Shown: piece by piece, positions 38,206-51,544 of the stretch
How the letters are laid out: every line of letters starts with the position of its first letter
How positions within the stretch are numbered: position 1 is the stretch's first letter
Source: an uncultured Ectothiorhodospiraceae bacterium
GTDB taxonomy: Bacteria; Pseudomonadota; Gammaproteobacteria; XJ16; Halofilaceae
Direction: 5' to 3'
Assembly (NCBI GenBank): GCA_964478305.1
Contig: CAYZHJ010000003.1
Span: 4,364 to 68,363 of the forward strand
Length of the DNA: 64,000 nucleotides
Translations under genes and position numbers: made by a program
The notes under the pieces: model-generated
Databases searched by the model: none
What the model was told of the DNA's origin: nothing
The model's input: the letters and a program-made list of their open reading frames with translations, nothing else

Positions 38206-39177
38206 TCAGATCAGCCACTCGGCCAGGTAGCCGGAGATGCACGCCCCGGCAACTGCTAGGGCGACATAGAGCGCGAATACCCGCGGGCGAACCAGCGAAG
38301 CGACGGCGATCGCCGCATAGAGACTGACCGCCGCGCCCGAGATCAGCAGCGCCAGCGCGGCGCCGAACCCCATGCCCAGATCCATCAGTCCGCGCACCAG
38401 CGGCAGGGCGGCATAGCCATCCAGGTACAGCGGCGCGCCAACGACGGCCGCCAGCGGCACCGCGAACGGGGTATCCGCCCCGAACAGGCCGGCGATCCAG
38501 GCATCCGGTACGTGACGCTGCAGCAGTACCTCGAGTACCAGTGCCAGCGCCAGCCAGCGCAGCACCAGCCGGGTGCTGTGCCAGGCCTCGTGCCAGAAGC
38601 CGGGGGGCTCGTCGCTGCAGCCCGCATCTTCCAGGGGTCCCGTGCGCATCAGGCGATCGCCCGGCCCGGCAAAGGCCGGCAGGGAGGCGGTCACCGCACC
38701 CGCCAGCAGCCCGGTGCCGAAGGCCGCCAGTGCCTTGGCGATGGCGAACGGCAGCCCGAGTACGCCGATGGTCACCACGACCATGCTCGGCCCCATGATC
38801 GGCGACGACACCCAGAAGGCCATCACCGGCGCCAGCGGCAGGCCGCGACGCAGCAGGGCGGCGATCAGCGGCAGCACGCCCAGCCCGCACACGGGTGTCA
38901 ACGTGCCGGCCGCGCTGGCGAGCACGACCGCCCGCGTCGGTCCGCCCGACACCCAGGCAAGAGCCCGGTCCGACCAGTGCCCCATCGTCAGCGCACCGGC
39001 GAGCAGTGCCGCGAGCACGACCACCGGCAGCAGGGCAAGCAGCCCGCCGGCGACATCGAGCACGAACCCCGGCTCCGGCCGGGGATAGAGGGACCCGGTC
39101 AGCAGCAGCAGGCCGGTCACGATCCAGGTGGCTGCTTCGCCACCGGGCCGGGTGATCCCGAACTTCGGCATTTTCAT
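38206..39177 (-). CDS. Putative permease (DUF318/ArsP-like family)
   Basis: Multi-TM; 'TPVCGLGVLPL', 'APVMAFWVSSP', 'VGAPLYLDGYAALPL'. Confidence 0.8.
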   Translation of the reverse strand: MKMPKFGITRPGGEAATWIVTGLLLLTGSLYPRPEPGFVLDVAGGLLALLPVVVLAALLAGALTMGHWSDRALAWVSGGPTRAVVLASAAGTLTPVCGLGVLPLIAALLRRGLPLAPVMAFWVSSPIMGPSMVVVTIGVLGLPFAIAKALAAFGTGLLAGAVTASLPAFAGPGDRLMRTGPLEDAGCSDEPPGFWHEAWHSTRLVLRWLALALVLEVLLQRHVPDAWIAGLFGADTPFAVPLAAVVGAPLYLDGYAALPLVRGLMDLGMGFGAALALLISGAAVSLYAAIAVASLVRPRVFALYVALAVAGACISGYLAEWLI

Positions 39178-39218
39178 GCCCGGAATTCTGCGAGCTGCCA
39201 GTCAATGAGTAAAATGGG

Positions 39219-39236
39219 TTATTCTGCATGGAATAA
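39219..39236. promoter_or_regulatory. Palindromic candidate operator for the divergent LysR regulator
   Basis: TTATTC-N6-GAATAA in the AT-rich spacer between the permease and the LysR gene. Confidence 0.35.
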
Positions 39237-39260
39237 TGAGCCAAACAGGATAATGAGTGC

Positions 39261-40103
39261 ATGCGACCGCGACTCGAGTGGCTGGAGACCTTCCTGGCGA
39301 TCGCCGAAACGGGCAGTCTCACCCGGGCCGGTACCCGTGTCGCGCGCAGCCAGTCGGCGGTGAGCCTGCAGCTGCACCGTCTCGAGGAGGTGCTGGGCGT
39401 CCGGCTGTTCGACCGCGATACCCGCCATGTCCGCCTGACGCCGCCGGGGGAACGGCTGATCCCGCTCGCCCGGCGGGCACTCGAGGCCGCCGATGCGGCC
39501 GTCCTGGCCCTGGATGATCGGCCGCGGCGAACGGTCCGGGTCGGCGTTCCGGAGGAGTATGCCGACCGGCTGATTCCCGAGGTACTGGGGGAGACGGGCC
39601 GGCACGATCCGTTCCTGCTGTTCGAGGTGGAATGTGCCGCTTCGCCGGAACTCGAACACCGTGTGCGACAGCGCCGGCTCGACCTGGCGATCGTTCTGGC
39701 CGAGGAAATCGAGGGACAGGGGCGGCCGATCTGCAGCGATCCCGTGGCCTGGCTGGAAGCGCCCGAACGGGGACTGTCCGGGCGCCGTCCCCTGCCCGTG
39801 GCCCTGTTCGACCAGGCCTGCAGCTGGCGCAGCAAGGCACTGGATGCCCTCCAGGCCGCCGGTATCGATTATCGAGTGGTGTTCACCAGCGCCAGCGTGG
39901 CCGGTGTGCGGGCCGGCATTCACGCCGGGTTCGCCGTCGGCGCGCTGGCGCGATCGACCGGGGGGGCCGGCCTGCGAACCGTCGACGGTCCCGATGCCCC
40001 GCCATCATTGCCACCGGCCGAGCTGGTCCTGCTCGGGAGTGGTGTCGGCGAGGCCGATGCCGACCCACTGATCGAGCGCGTGCGCACCGCCCTGGTCACC
40101 TGA
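39261..40103 (+). CDS. LysR family transcriptional regulator
   Basis: 'LETFLAIAETGSLTRAG...SQSAVSLQLHRLEEVLGVRLFDR'. Confidence 0.95.
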   Translation: MRPRLEWLETFLAIAETGSLTRAGTRVARSQSAVSLQLHRLEEVLGVRLFDRDTRHVRLTPPGERLIPLARRALEAADAAVLALDDRPRRTVRVGVPEEYADRLIPEVLGETGRHDPFLLFEVECAASPELEHRVRQRRLDLAIVLAEEIEGQGRPICSDPVAWLEAPERGLSGRRPLPVALFDQACSWRSKALDALQAAGIDYRVVFTSASVAGVRAGIHAGFAVGALARSTGGAGLRTVDGPDAPPSLPPAELVLLGSGVGEADADPLIERVRTALVT

Positions 40104-40127
40104 AGGAACGTATCCCGGCCCGGTCGT

Positions 40128-40550
40128 TCATGCCGACAGCATGCCGACGGCAAACAACGCCCAGGCGATGAACAGGATCGCCGTGCCGGTCACGTACACC
40201 GTGAATCGGTGGAAGACCCGGTTATAGGTCAGGTGGATGCCTGCCTGCAGGCAGCGCGCCGCGACGTATAGCCACGCCAGTCCCACCAGCGGTGCCGTCA
40301 CGTGACCGGTGGCCGCGAGCAGCGCGCACAGGGCGTAGAACAGCACGGGTACCTCGAACAGGTTGCGGAAATGATCCGCGGCCCGTGTATCATCCAGCGT
40401 TTCGGCGGCGCCACGCGACGTGGCGAGCCGCTGGGGATGGATCCGCCGGCGGCGGATCTCGCCGATGCGTTCGTGGTAGAGGCGTACCCACACGATCGCG
40501 GTCAGGGTGACCAGGGCGAACACGGGCCACAGGATTGCGCTCGTCGACAC
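40128..40550 (-). CDS. MAPEG family membrane protein
   Basis: 'FRNLFEVPVLFY', 'AWLYVAAR', 'HLTYNRVFHRF'. Confidence 0.85.
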   Translation of the reverse strand: MSTSAILWPVFALVTLTAIVWVRLYHERIGEIRRRRIHPQRLATSRGAAETLDDTRAADHFRNLFEVPVLFYALCALLAATGHVTAPLVGLAWLYVAARCLQAGIHLTYNRVFHRFTVYVTGTAILFIAWALFAVGMLSA

Positions 40551-40666
40551 GGTTCACTCCATCATTGGCACGCGATGGTCGCGTCATCCTACCCGAGCGG
40601 GCCGCTTCATGCCGCCCGGATCGAACAAGCGTGACCCGGCCGCCGGGCCGGTTTTCGGGAGATCTC

Positions 40667-41365
40667 ATGCGCAATCGACGTGATCTGTTCGGCGCCGGCA
40701 TGCTGGCCGTCCTGCCCATGCTGCCCGGTGTCGTCCCGTTCGGCATCGTCGCCGGTCTCACCGCGGTCGGCACGGGCCTGTCGGCGTTGCAGGCGATGTT
40801 CATGTCGGTCGCGGTATTCGCCGGGGCGGCGCAACTCGCCACCCTGCAGCTCATCGGCGAGGGCGCGCTCCCCGCCGTGATCCTGCTCACGGCACTGACG
40901 ATCAACCTGCGTTTTGCCATGTACAGTGCCTCGCTCGCACCGCACCTGCAGCACCTGGGACGGAGCTGGCATCTGCCGCTGGCGTACTTCCTGGTGGACC
41001 AGAACTACGCGGTGTCGATTCACCGTTTCCGGCACGGCGACGACGGCTGGCGTGCACGCGGCCACTGGTACTACCTCGGTGCCGGGGTCGCGCTCTGGCT
41101 CACTTGGCAGACATCGACCGCGGTCGGGGTGTTCATGGCGGCCGGCGTGCCGAGCGGCTGGTCGCTCGATTTCGCCATTCCACTGGTTTTCATGGTCCTG
41201 CTGGTGCCGGCACTGCACAACCGTCCCCATGTGGTGGCTGCACTGACCGGCGGCCTGGCCGCCACGTTCGCCGCCGGATTGCCACTGCATCTCGGTATCG
41301 TCACCGGCGCATTCGCGGGCATTGCCGCCGGCGTGGCGTTCGAACGATGGAGCGGGAAGGCATGA
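40667..41365 (+). CDS. AzlC family branched-chain amino-acid exporter subunit
   Basis: 'MSVAVFAGAAQL', 'INLRFAMYSASL', 'LDFAIPLVF'. Confidence 0.92.
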   Translation: MRNRRDLFGAGMLAVLPMLPGVVPFGIVAGLTAVGTGLSALQAMFMSVAVFAGAAQLATLQLIGEGALPAVILLTALTINLRFAMYSASLAPHLQHLGRSWHLPLAYFLVDQNYAVSIHRFRHGDDGWRARGHWYYLGAGVALWLTWQTSTAVGVFMAAGVPSGWSLDFAIPLVFMVLLVPALHNRPHVVAALTGGLAATFAAGLPLHLGIVTGAFAGIAAGVAFERWSGKA

Positions 41366-41685
41366 GCGCGACCGTGATCTGGCTGACCGTAGCCGGCATC
41401 GGCCTCGGCACCTATCTGCTGCGGCTGTCCTTCATCGCGTTGTGGCAGAAGCTGCGTGTGCCCGACTTGATGAATCGCGCGCTGGAGTATGTGCCGTCGG
41501 CCGTGCTGGCGGCCCTGGTCCTGCCCGCCCTGCTCCGCCCCGAGGGATTCATCGACCCGGCGATCGACAATCTCCGGCTCGTCGCCGGCGTGCTCGCTGC
41601 CGCGGTGGCCTGGTACTCGCGCAGCGTTCTGCTGACACTGGCAACGGGCATGGGCATGTTGTGGCTGCTCGAGTGGCTGACCTGA
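41362..41685 (+). CDS. AzlD family protein
   Basis: 'GTYLLRLSF', 'ALEYVPSAVLAALV', 'SVLLTLATGM'; ATGA-coupled to azlC. Confidence 0.9.
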   Translation: MSATVIWLTVAGIGLGTYLLRLSFIALWQKLRVPDLMNRALEYVPSAVLAALVLPALLRPEGFIDPAIDNLRLVAGVLAAAVAWYSRSVLLTLATGMGMLWLLEWLT

Positions 41686-41710
41686 AGCGGGGGCGGTCGA
41701 TCGCGGTCAT

Positions 41711-41899
41711 TCAGCGGAGCAGGGCGCCCGGCGCTTCACCGTGGGAGACCGGCCGTCGGCCGGGATCGACCGTGCGCTCCCCGATGCAGTAGCCGGGCAG
41801 GCGGTCCCGGCCGTCATGGACCGTCTTGCGGCATTCCTCGATCACTACCCGGTATATCGTGCGGCCACGGGCGTCGCGGAAGACACGTTCGTTGGTCAT
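41711..41899 (-). CDS. Small hypothetical protein, possibly degenerate
   Basis: RBS GGAGG before ATG 41899; 62 aa with 'RDARGR' and 'HDGRDR' quasi-repeats. Confidence 0.45.
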   Translation of the reverse strand: MTNERVFRDARGRTIYRVVIEECRKTVHDGRDRLPGYCIGERTVDPGRRPVSHGEAPGALLR

Positions 41900-41997
41900 C
41901 GGATGTTCCTCCGGTATTCCGGGAGCGTGATCGAATGCCTGAATCAAGGCAGGATCCGCGCCGGAATACCGCCTTGTCCGGCGGGCCGGGTTCCTGG

Positions 41998-42154
41998 TGC
42001 CCTGTCTCGCGAATCTCTTCGATTTCTCGCCGGCCCTTGCGGCCGCTGGCCGCGTTGCGCCTCCTCGGAACAGGACCCGCTATTCCCGTCGCCGCGCCTT
42101 GCCGGCGTCCGCAATGCCTCGCCGAGAAATTCGAAGAATCCGCGAGACAGGGCG
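41998..42154. mobile_element. About 157 bp MITE with long terminal inverted repeats
   Basis: TGCCCTGTCTCGCGAATCTCTTCGATTTCTCG...CGAGAAATTCGAAGAATCCGCGAGACAGGGCG, flanked by CTGG and CTAG. Confidence 0.7.
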
Positions 42155-42622
42155 CTAGGCGTCGTCGCAACGCTCGTCGAGCAATTGCTCGATCTCCCGC
42201 AACCTTTCCTCGCGCTCTTCCCGCGTCAGTACTCGACCACCGCCGTCGGCCTGTTCCCGAACCCGGGCGCTGTCGATCAGGATACGACGCTTGTCGTGCA
42301 GCCGGCTGCAGTACTGTTGCTTCTCCCGCTGTTGCTGCTCTTCCCTTGCCTCGGCTTCGCGTTCCAGGCGCCTCTTGTGCTGGCGGGTCCTGTTCGATTG
42401 CCGCAACCGCTCGATCTCGGCCTGGCTCGCTTCCGGATCGTCGGCCGGGGGATTCGAGGCGTCGATCCTGTCGGCGTCCTGCCCGGGTGGAGGGCTCGAG
42501 GAATAGTGGGTAACGCCGTCGTCGTCGACCCAGCGATAGATCTCCGCGGCCTCCGGATCGGCCGCTGTCCACGACAGGGTGACTGCCGCAAGGGCGAGCG
42601 CAAGCTGCCGGATTCCGGTCAT
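42155..42622 (-). CDS. DUF4124-domain exported protein
   Basis: Signal peptide, then 'IYRWVDDDGVTHYSSSPP'; C-terminal Cys pair. Confidence 0.88.
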   Translation of the reverse strand: MTGIRQLALALAAVTLSWTAADPEAAEIYRWVDDDGVTHYSSSPPPGQDADRIDASNPPADDPEASQAEIERLRQSNRTRQHKRRLEREAEAREEQQQREKQQYCSRLHDKRRILIDSARVREQADGGGRVLTREEREERLREIEQLLDERCDDA

Positions 42623-42835
42623 GCCGTTCCCCCGAATCGTGTCCCCGATGCATTGTCGGTCAATACCGCGCTCGATCGTGGCAGAGCAGTGCAGACGATC
42701 GGTGCTCCACGCCTTCCGGCATGGGTGTGATCGAGCATGGACGTACCGTAATGCTGCCTACAGGTGGTGTCCATTCTCCATGTCTACACTGTGAACTGCA
42801 CCTGCAAGGGCGGTGCGCAATCGGAGAACGGCAGC

Positions 42836-43249
42836 ATGAAGACGAGGCATCCCCGGAAAACCGTCAGCAATGCATTGCTCGCAGGCGCGCTGGTGCTCGG
42901 CGGCGGCGCGGCCATCGCCAGTGAGAGAGAGGGACTCTGGCTCGACGAGACGGCCGGCCAGGCCGGAGAAATGAGTGCCTCCGAGCTGGAGGACGAGACG
43001 CTGCACCGTTTCATCGATGCGGCCCACGATATCCAGGCGATCCGGCAGGAATACGCGGAGCGGATCGAGCAGGCCGATGCCGATGAACGGGCGGATCTGC
43101 TGGCCGAGGCACAGGAGAAGATGGCGCAGGCCGTCGAGAGCCAGGGACTGGAGGTCGCCGATTACCGCGAGATCGGCTATCTGCTGGAGAACGATGACAG
43201 TCTGCGTGACCGAACCGACCCGGCCGCGGTGGAATCGCGTGGCGCCTGA
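42836..43249 (+). CDS. DUF4168-family exported acidic protein
   Basis: Signal peptide; 'LEDETLHRFIDA...AVESQGLEVADYREI...LRDR'; similar to 32588-32989. Confidence 0.75.
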   Translation: MKTRHPRKTVSNALLAGALVLGGGAAIASEREGLWLDETAGQAGEMSASELEDETLHRFIDAAHDIQAIRQEYAERIEQADADERADLLAEAQEKMAQAVESQGLEVADYREIGYLLENDDSLRDRTDPAAVESRGA

Positions 43250-43293
43250 GGGGGATCCGCAATCCGCAACTGCCTGGCCGCCTGTTAACGGCT

Positions 43294-43320
43294 CGCGGCG
43301 GCCGACCGGCCGCCGCGTTT
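43294..43320 (+). terminator. GC-rich hairpin or terminator between convergent genes
   Basis: CGCGGCGGCC-GACC-GGCCGCCGCG-TTT. Confidence 0.5.
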
Positions 43321-43331
43321 CCCCGGATGCT

Positions 43332-44204
<873 letters not shown>

Positions 44205-44206
44205 GA

Positions 44207-45373
<1,167 letters not shown>

Positions 45374-45445
45374 TGCGGGTTCTCCCTTCGAACTGTCTTT
45401 CTTGTCATGGCTGGCCGAATTCTTTTCGGGTATGTGCGATGGACA

Positions 45446-45546
45446 TCTCGCAGAGGCCGCAGAGAACGCGGAGAAAAACGCAGGAATTCACTTTGTTTTC
45501 CTTTGCGTACTCTGCGTTGTCTGCGGCCTCTGCGAGAGATTCATTC
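45446..45546. repeat. Inverted-repeat element B (CGCAGAG 9-bp periodic arms)
   Basis: 45446-45472 matches the reverse complement of 45511-45537 at 25/27; terminal GATTCATTC shared with element A. Confidence 0.85.
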
Positions 45547-45560
45547 ATGAAGACCCCCGC

Positions 45561-47015
<1,455 letters not shown>

Positions 47016-47037
47016 TCAATTCAGCGGGTGTGTATGG

Positions 47038-47338
47038 GAACCACGAATGAACACGAATCAACACGAATGCTGCCGGGACCATTCCGAACGCATGTCGGAG
47101 CAGCGCTGACAGGACCGTGCTTTTCCGAGCGTTTTCCGATAACCGGAAAATGGACTAAAAATGGTCCGGCGTCATGGTAATGCGATGAACGAAGCCCTTT
47201 CCCATTTTTAGTCCAATTTTTGTTCATTTTTGGTTATCAGCATCCCTGCAACATGCCCAGACGGTATCAGTGCAGCTCCAGCGAGCTTTCTGCATCGACA
47301 TGACAATATTCGTGTTGATTGGTGTTCATTCGTGGTTC
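47038..47338. repeat. Nested inverted-repeat element C (three layers)
   Basis: Outer CACGAAT arms 47038-47068 / 47308-47338 (30/31); middle GGAGCWGCRCTGA pair; inner AAAATGGACT arms 47138-47164 / 47202-47238. Confidence 0.88.
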
Positions 47339-47351
47339 TTCTTTGCCGGTT

Positions 47352-48647
47352 TCAGATATCCAGCAGCAGACGTGCCGGGTCCTCGAGGAGTTGCTTGATC
47401 GCGACCAGGAACTGCACCGAATCCTTGCCGTCGACGATGCGATGGTCGTACGACAATGCCAGATACATCATGGGCCGGATCACGACCTGGCCGTTCTCGG
47501 CCACCGGCCGCTCCTGGATCTTGTGCATGCCGAGAATCGCGCTCTGCGGCATGTTCAGGATCGGCGTCGACACGAGCGAGCCGAACACGCCGCCGTTGGT
47601 GATGGTGAAGGTGCCGCCGGTCATCTCGTCGATGCCGATCTTTCCTTCCTGCGCACGTCCGCCGAAGTCACGGATCTGACGCTCGATCTCGGCCATCGAC
47701 AGGGTTTCGGCATCGCGCAGGATCGGCACGACCAGTCCGCGCTCGGATGACACGGCAATGCCGACATCGCAGTAGCCGTGATAGACGATGTCGGTTCCGT
47801 CGATCGAGGCATTGATGTCGGGGAAGCGCTTGAGCGCTTCGGCGGCCGCCGTGACGAAGAAGCTCATGAAGCCCAGTTTCGTGCCGTGGGTCTTCTCGAA
47901 CTGGTCCTTGTAGCGTGCGCGCAGATCCATGATCGGCTGCATGTTGACCTCGTTGAACGTGGTCAGCATGGCGGTCTGCTGAGTCGCCTGCAGCAGCCGT
48001 TCCGCAATGCGCGCGCGCAGGCGCGTCATCGGCACGCGCTTCTCGGGCCGGTCACCGCTGTCGAAGCCCACGCCGGCCTTCTCCGCCGTTTCCGCCGGCG
48101 ACGGCGTCTTGCTTTCCGGTTCCGGCGCCGCTGCGGCCTCTTCTCCCGCCGGTTTCTTCTCTTCCGGTTTCGATGTCTCCGTCCTGTCGGCCTTCTCGAT
48201 GTGCCTGAGCACATCTTCCTTGGTAATGCGGCCGTTCTTGCCGCTGCCATCGATCGCAGAGGCGTCCAGGCCGTGTTCCGAAATCAGCTTGCGCGCCGCC
48301 GGGCCCATCTTCGCTTCGTCGCCGCCCGCATCGTCGACTGCTCCTGCCTTCGTCTCCGCCGCGGATTCGGTTTCCGCCTTTTCTTCTCCGCCGCCGGTAT
48401 CCGCGGAAGCCCCCTCGGCCACGCGCCCCAGCACGGCGTCGGCGGTCACCACCGCACCTTCGGCCTCGAGGATCTCCTCGAGCACGCCGTCGGCGGGTGC
48501 GGGCACCTCGAGCACCACCTTGTCCGTTTCCAGTTCGACCAGGACTTCGTCACGCTTGACGCTGTCGCCCTTCTTCTTGGACCAGCCCGCCACCGTGGCA
48601 TCGGACACGGATTCGGGCAGTTGCGGAACAGTGATGTCTGTGCTCAT
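47352..48647 (-). CDS. sucB: 2-oxoglutarate dehydrogenase E2 (dihydrolipoyl succinyltransferase)
   Basis: Lipoyl '[12 protein letters not shown]', '[13 protein letters not shown]', '[13 protein letters not shown]'. Confidence 0.98.
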   Translation of the reverse strand: MSTDITVPQLPESVSDATVAGWSKKKGDSVKRDEVLVELETDKVVLEVPAPADGVLEEILEAEGAVVTADAVLGRVAEGASADTGGGEEKAETESAAETKAGAVDDAGGDEAKMGPAARKLISEHGLDASAIDGSGKNGRITKEDVLRHIEKADRTETSKPEEKKPAGEEAAAAPEPESKTPSPAETAEKAGVGFDSGDRPEKRVPMTRLRARIAERLLQATQQTAMLTTFNEVNMQPIMDLRARYKDQFEKTHGTKLGFMSFFVTAAAEALKRFPDINASIDGTDIVYHGYCDVGIAVSSERGLVVPILRDAETLSMAEIERQIRDFGGRAQEGKIGIDEMTGGTFTITNGGVFGSLVSTPILNMPQSAILGMHKIQERPVAENGQVVIRPMMYLALSYDHRIVDGKDSVQFLVAIKQLLEDPARLLLDI

Positions 48648-48688
48648 GCGTACCTTCCTCTATTCGCGAGTGACCGCGACTTGGTTCT

Positions 48689-51544
48689 TCATGATGTCTG
48701 TTCGAGATCGAGTGCGTCGGCAACGAGTTCTGCCTGTTGCCGGGCATGGCGGCTGAAGTAGCCCACCGCCGGTGAAGCGGAGGCCGGACGGCCGGCAAAG
48801 CGCAGCTGTCCCTCGCCGACCACCCGTTCCAGGCGGTGGCGCATGTTGTACCAGGCGCCCTGGTTGCGCGGTTCCTCCTGGCACCAGATGTATTCCTTGC
48901 CGTTGACGTACGGTTCGAGTACATCGCGCAGCGCATCGTAGGGGAACGGGTAGAGCTGTTCGATACGAACGAGCGCGATGTCGTCGATCTCCTGTTCACG
49001 GCGCCTGGTCAGCAGATCGTAGTAGACCTTGCCGCTGCACATGACGACACGTCGGACCTTCTTCGGATCAAGCTCGTCGATTTCCCCGATCACGGTGTGG
49101 AAATGTCCTCCGGACAGATCCTCGATGGCCGAGGTGGCCATCTTGTGACGCAGCAGGCTCTTCGGAGTCATCACGATCAACGGCTTGCGATAGGGCCGCA
49201 ACATCTGTCGCCGGATCATGTGAAAGGCCTGTGCGGGTGTCGTCGGCATGCACACCTGGATGTTGTAATCGCCGCGCTGGTGCTCGGCACACATCTGCAG
49301 GAAACGTTCGAGCCGGGCCGATGAGTGCTCCGGACCCTGGCCCTCGTAGCCATGCGGCAGGAACAGGGTCAGGCCGCACAGTCGACCCCACTTGGCTTCA
49401 CCCGAGGTGATGAACTGATCGATCACCACCTGCGCGCCATTGGCGAAGTCTCCGAACTGCGCCTCCCAGATCACGAGCGTGTGCGGATCCGCGGTGGCAT
49501 AGCCGTACTCGAACGCCATCACCGCTTCCTCGGACAGCAGCGAGTCGATCACGAGGAAGTTGGCCTGGTCCTCGGCCACGTTGCGCAGCGGCACATGGCT
49601 GCTGCCGTCCTTCTGGTTGTGCAGCACGACATGCCGATGGAAGAAGGTGCCGCGGCCGGAGTCCTGGCCGGTCAGGCGTACGGCGTAGCCCTCGGTGACC
49701 AGCGAGGCATAGGCCATGGTCTCGGCGTAGCCCCAGTCGATACCGAGAGCGCCGGCGGTCATCTTGCGCCGGTCGTCCATGATCTTCGCAACGCGCTTGT
49801 GCAGTTCCATGCCTTCCGGCAACTGCTCCAGTCGATTCCACAACTCCTTGAGCCGTTCGGCCGGGACCGTGGTATCGACCGGGTCATCCCAACGGGCGCC
49901 GATGAAGGGACTCCAGTCAACCGTGAATTCGTTGACGAAGTCCTTGTCGGTGATGATCTTCGGCGTGACCGTGTCCCCGGCATCCATGTGGTCGCGGTAT
50001 TGCTGTGCCATGCGATCGGCGTCGTCGCTCGTCACGATCTTCTCGTCGATCAGCCGCTTCGCATACAGCTCCCGCGTGGTGGGCAGGCTCTTGATCTTCT
50101 GGTACATCATCGGCTGGGTCGCCGCAGGCTCATCGGCTTCGTTGTGGCCGTGACGGCGATAACAGACGAGATCGATCACGACGTCCTTGTGAAACTGGTT
50201 GCGGTAGTCCAGCGCGATCTGCGTGACCAGCAGTACCGCCTCCGGATCGTCGCCGTTCACGTGAAAGATCGGCGCATTGACCATCTTGGCGACATCGGTG
50301 CAGTACAGCGACGAGCGCGTGTCCAGCTTGTTGCTGGTGGTGAAGCCGATCTGGTTGTTGATCACCACGTGGACCGTACCCTTGGTGGAGAAGCCCCGCG
50401 CGTGCGACAGCGCGAACGTCTCCATGACCACGCCCTGGCCGGCCATCGCGGCGTCGCCGTGGATCGAGATCGGCAGTACCTTGTTGCCCACGCGATCCTC
50501 GTGGCGGTCCTGGCGCGAACGGGTCGAGCCCTCGATCACCGGCGAGACGATCTCGAGGTGCGAGGGATTGAAGCCGAGCGCCAGATGGACCACGCCCTCG
50601 CTGGTCATGTAGTCGGACGAGAAGCCCTGGTGGTATTTCACGTCGCCGGCGGGCAGCGAATCGTCATCGTAGCCCTCGAATTCCTGGAACAGGTCGGCCG
50701 GTTTCTTGCCGAGGATGTTGACCAGCACGTTGAGCCGGCCCCGGTGGGCCATGCCCAGCACGATCTCGCGGGCACCCTGCTCGCCGGCGCGTTCTATGGT
50801 TTCGTTGATCAGCGGGATCAGGGATTCTCCACCCTCCAGCGAGAAGCGTTTCTGGCCGACGTACTTCGAGTGCATGTAGCGCTCGATGCCCTCGGCGGCG
50901 GTCAGGCGTTCCAGCAGCCACTTGCGCTTCTCCGGGGACAGCTCCGGGCTGGACTGGGGTGTTTCCAGACGGTTCTGCAGCCAGCGCTTTTCCGCGGTGT
51001 CGGCAATGTGCATGTACTCCGCGCCGATCGAACCGCAGTACGTGCGCTGGAGAATGTCGAGGATCTCGCGCAGCGGCGCCTCGTCCACGCCGTGCAGCGA
51101 GCCGGTGTTGAACGCCGTGTCCAGATCCGCGCTGCTGAGTTCGTGGGCCTCGAGCTTGAGCTCGTCGATCTCCGGGAGTTCCCACCGGTCGAGGGGATCC
51201 ACCTTGGCGTGGCGATGGCCGCGGAAACGATAGGCGTTGATGAGCTGGAGCACCCGGATCTGCTTGCGCTCGTGCTCGGCGCTGCGCGACTCCGCCGGCG
51301 CCATGCGGGCCAGGCTGCCCTGCGAGTGAAAACGGTAGAACTGGGCCCGGATCCGCGACGGCGGAATGTCCGGGCTGCTCACGCCGTCGACCTGCGGCAG
51401 CCGGTCGAAGTAGCGCCGCCACTCCGGGGGCACGCCGGCCGGATCGCGCAGGTAGGCTTCGTAGAGCTCCTCGAGGTAATCGACATTCCCTCCGTCGAGC
51501 ATCGAGGTGCTCCAGAGGGCCTTCATGGTGGATTGCTCACTCAT
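48689..51544 (-). CDS. sucA: 2-oxoglutarate dehydrogenase E1
   Basis: 'GQKRFSLEGGE', 'GMAHRGRLNVL', 'HGDAAMAGQG', 'WEAQFGDFANGAQ', 'GQGPEHSSAR'. Confidence 0.98.
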   Translation of the reverse strand: MSEQSTMKALWSTSMLDGGNVDYLEELYEAYLRDPAGVPPEWRRYFDRLPQVDGVSSPDIPPSRIRAQFYRFHSQGSLARMAPAESRSAEHERKQIRVLQLINAYRFRGHRHAKVDPLDRWELPEIDELKLEAHELSSADLDTAFNTGSLHGVDEAPLREILDILQRTYCGSIGAEYMHIADTAEKRWLQNRLETPQSSPELSPEKRKWLLERLTAAEGIERYMHSKYVGQKRFSLEGGESLIPLINETIERAGEQGAREIVLGMAHRGRLNVLVNILGKKPADLFQEFEGYDDDSLPAGDVKYHQGFSSDYMTSEGVVHLALGFNPSHLEIVSPVIEGSTRSRQDRHEDRVGNKVLPISIHGDAAMAGQGVVMETFALSHARGFSTKGTVHVVINNQIGFTTSNKLDTRSSLYCTDVAKMVNAPIFHVNGDDPEAVLLVTQIALDYRNQFHKDVVIDLVCYRRHGHNEADEPAATQPMMYQKIKSLPTTRELYAKRLIDEKIVTSDDADRMAQQYRDHMDAGDTVTPKIITDKDFVNEFTVDWSPFIGARWDDPVDTTVPAERLKELWNRLEQLPEGMELHKRVAKIMDDRRKMTAGALGIDWGYAETMAYASLVTEGYAVRLTGQDSGRGTFFHRHVVLHNQKDGSSHVPLRNVAEDQANFLVIDSLLSEEAVMAFEYGYATADPHTLVIWEAQFGDFANGAQVVIDQFITSGEAKWGRLCGLTLFLPHGYEGQGPEHSSARLERFLQMCAEHQRGDYNIQVCMPTTPAQAFHMIRRQMLRPYRKPLIVMTPKSLLRHKMATSAIEDLSGGHFHTVIGEIDELDPKKVRRVVMCSGKVYYDLLTRRREQEIDDIALVRIEQLYPFPYDALRDVLEPYVNGKEYIWCQEEPRNQGAWYNMRHRLERVVGEGQLRFAGRPASASPAVGYFSRHARQQAELVADALDLEQTS

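Noticed and set aside
40566..40582. Possible sigma-54 promoter (TGGCAC) before azlC
   Set aside because: No TTGC -12 element at the required spacing.
47038..47338. Periodic repeats considered as a CRISPR array or integron attC sites
   Set aside because: Units are 9-11 bp, tandem and inverted, with no unique spacers, no cas or integrase gene and no attC-type ends.
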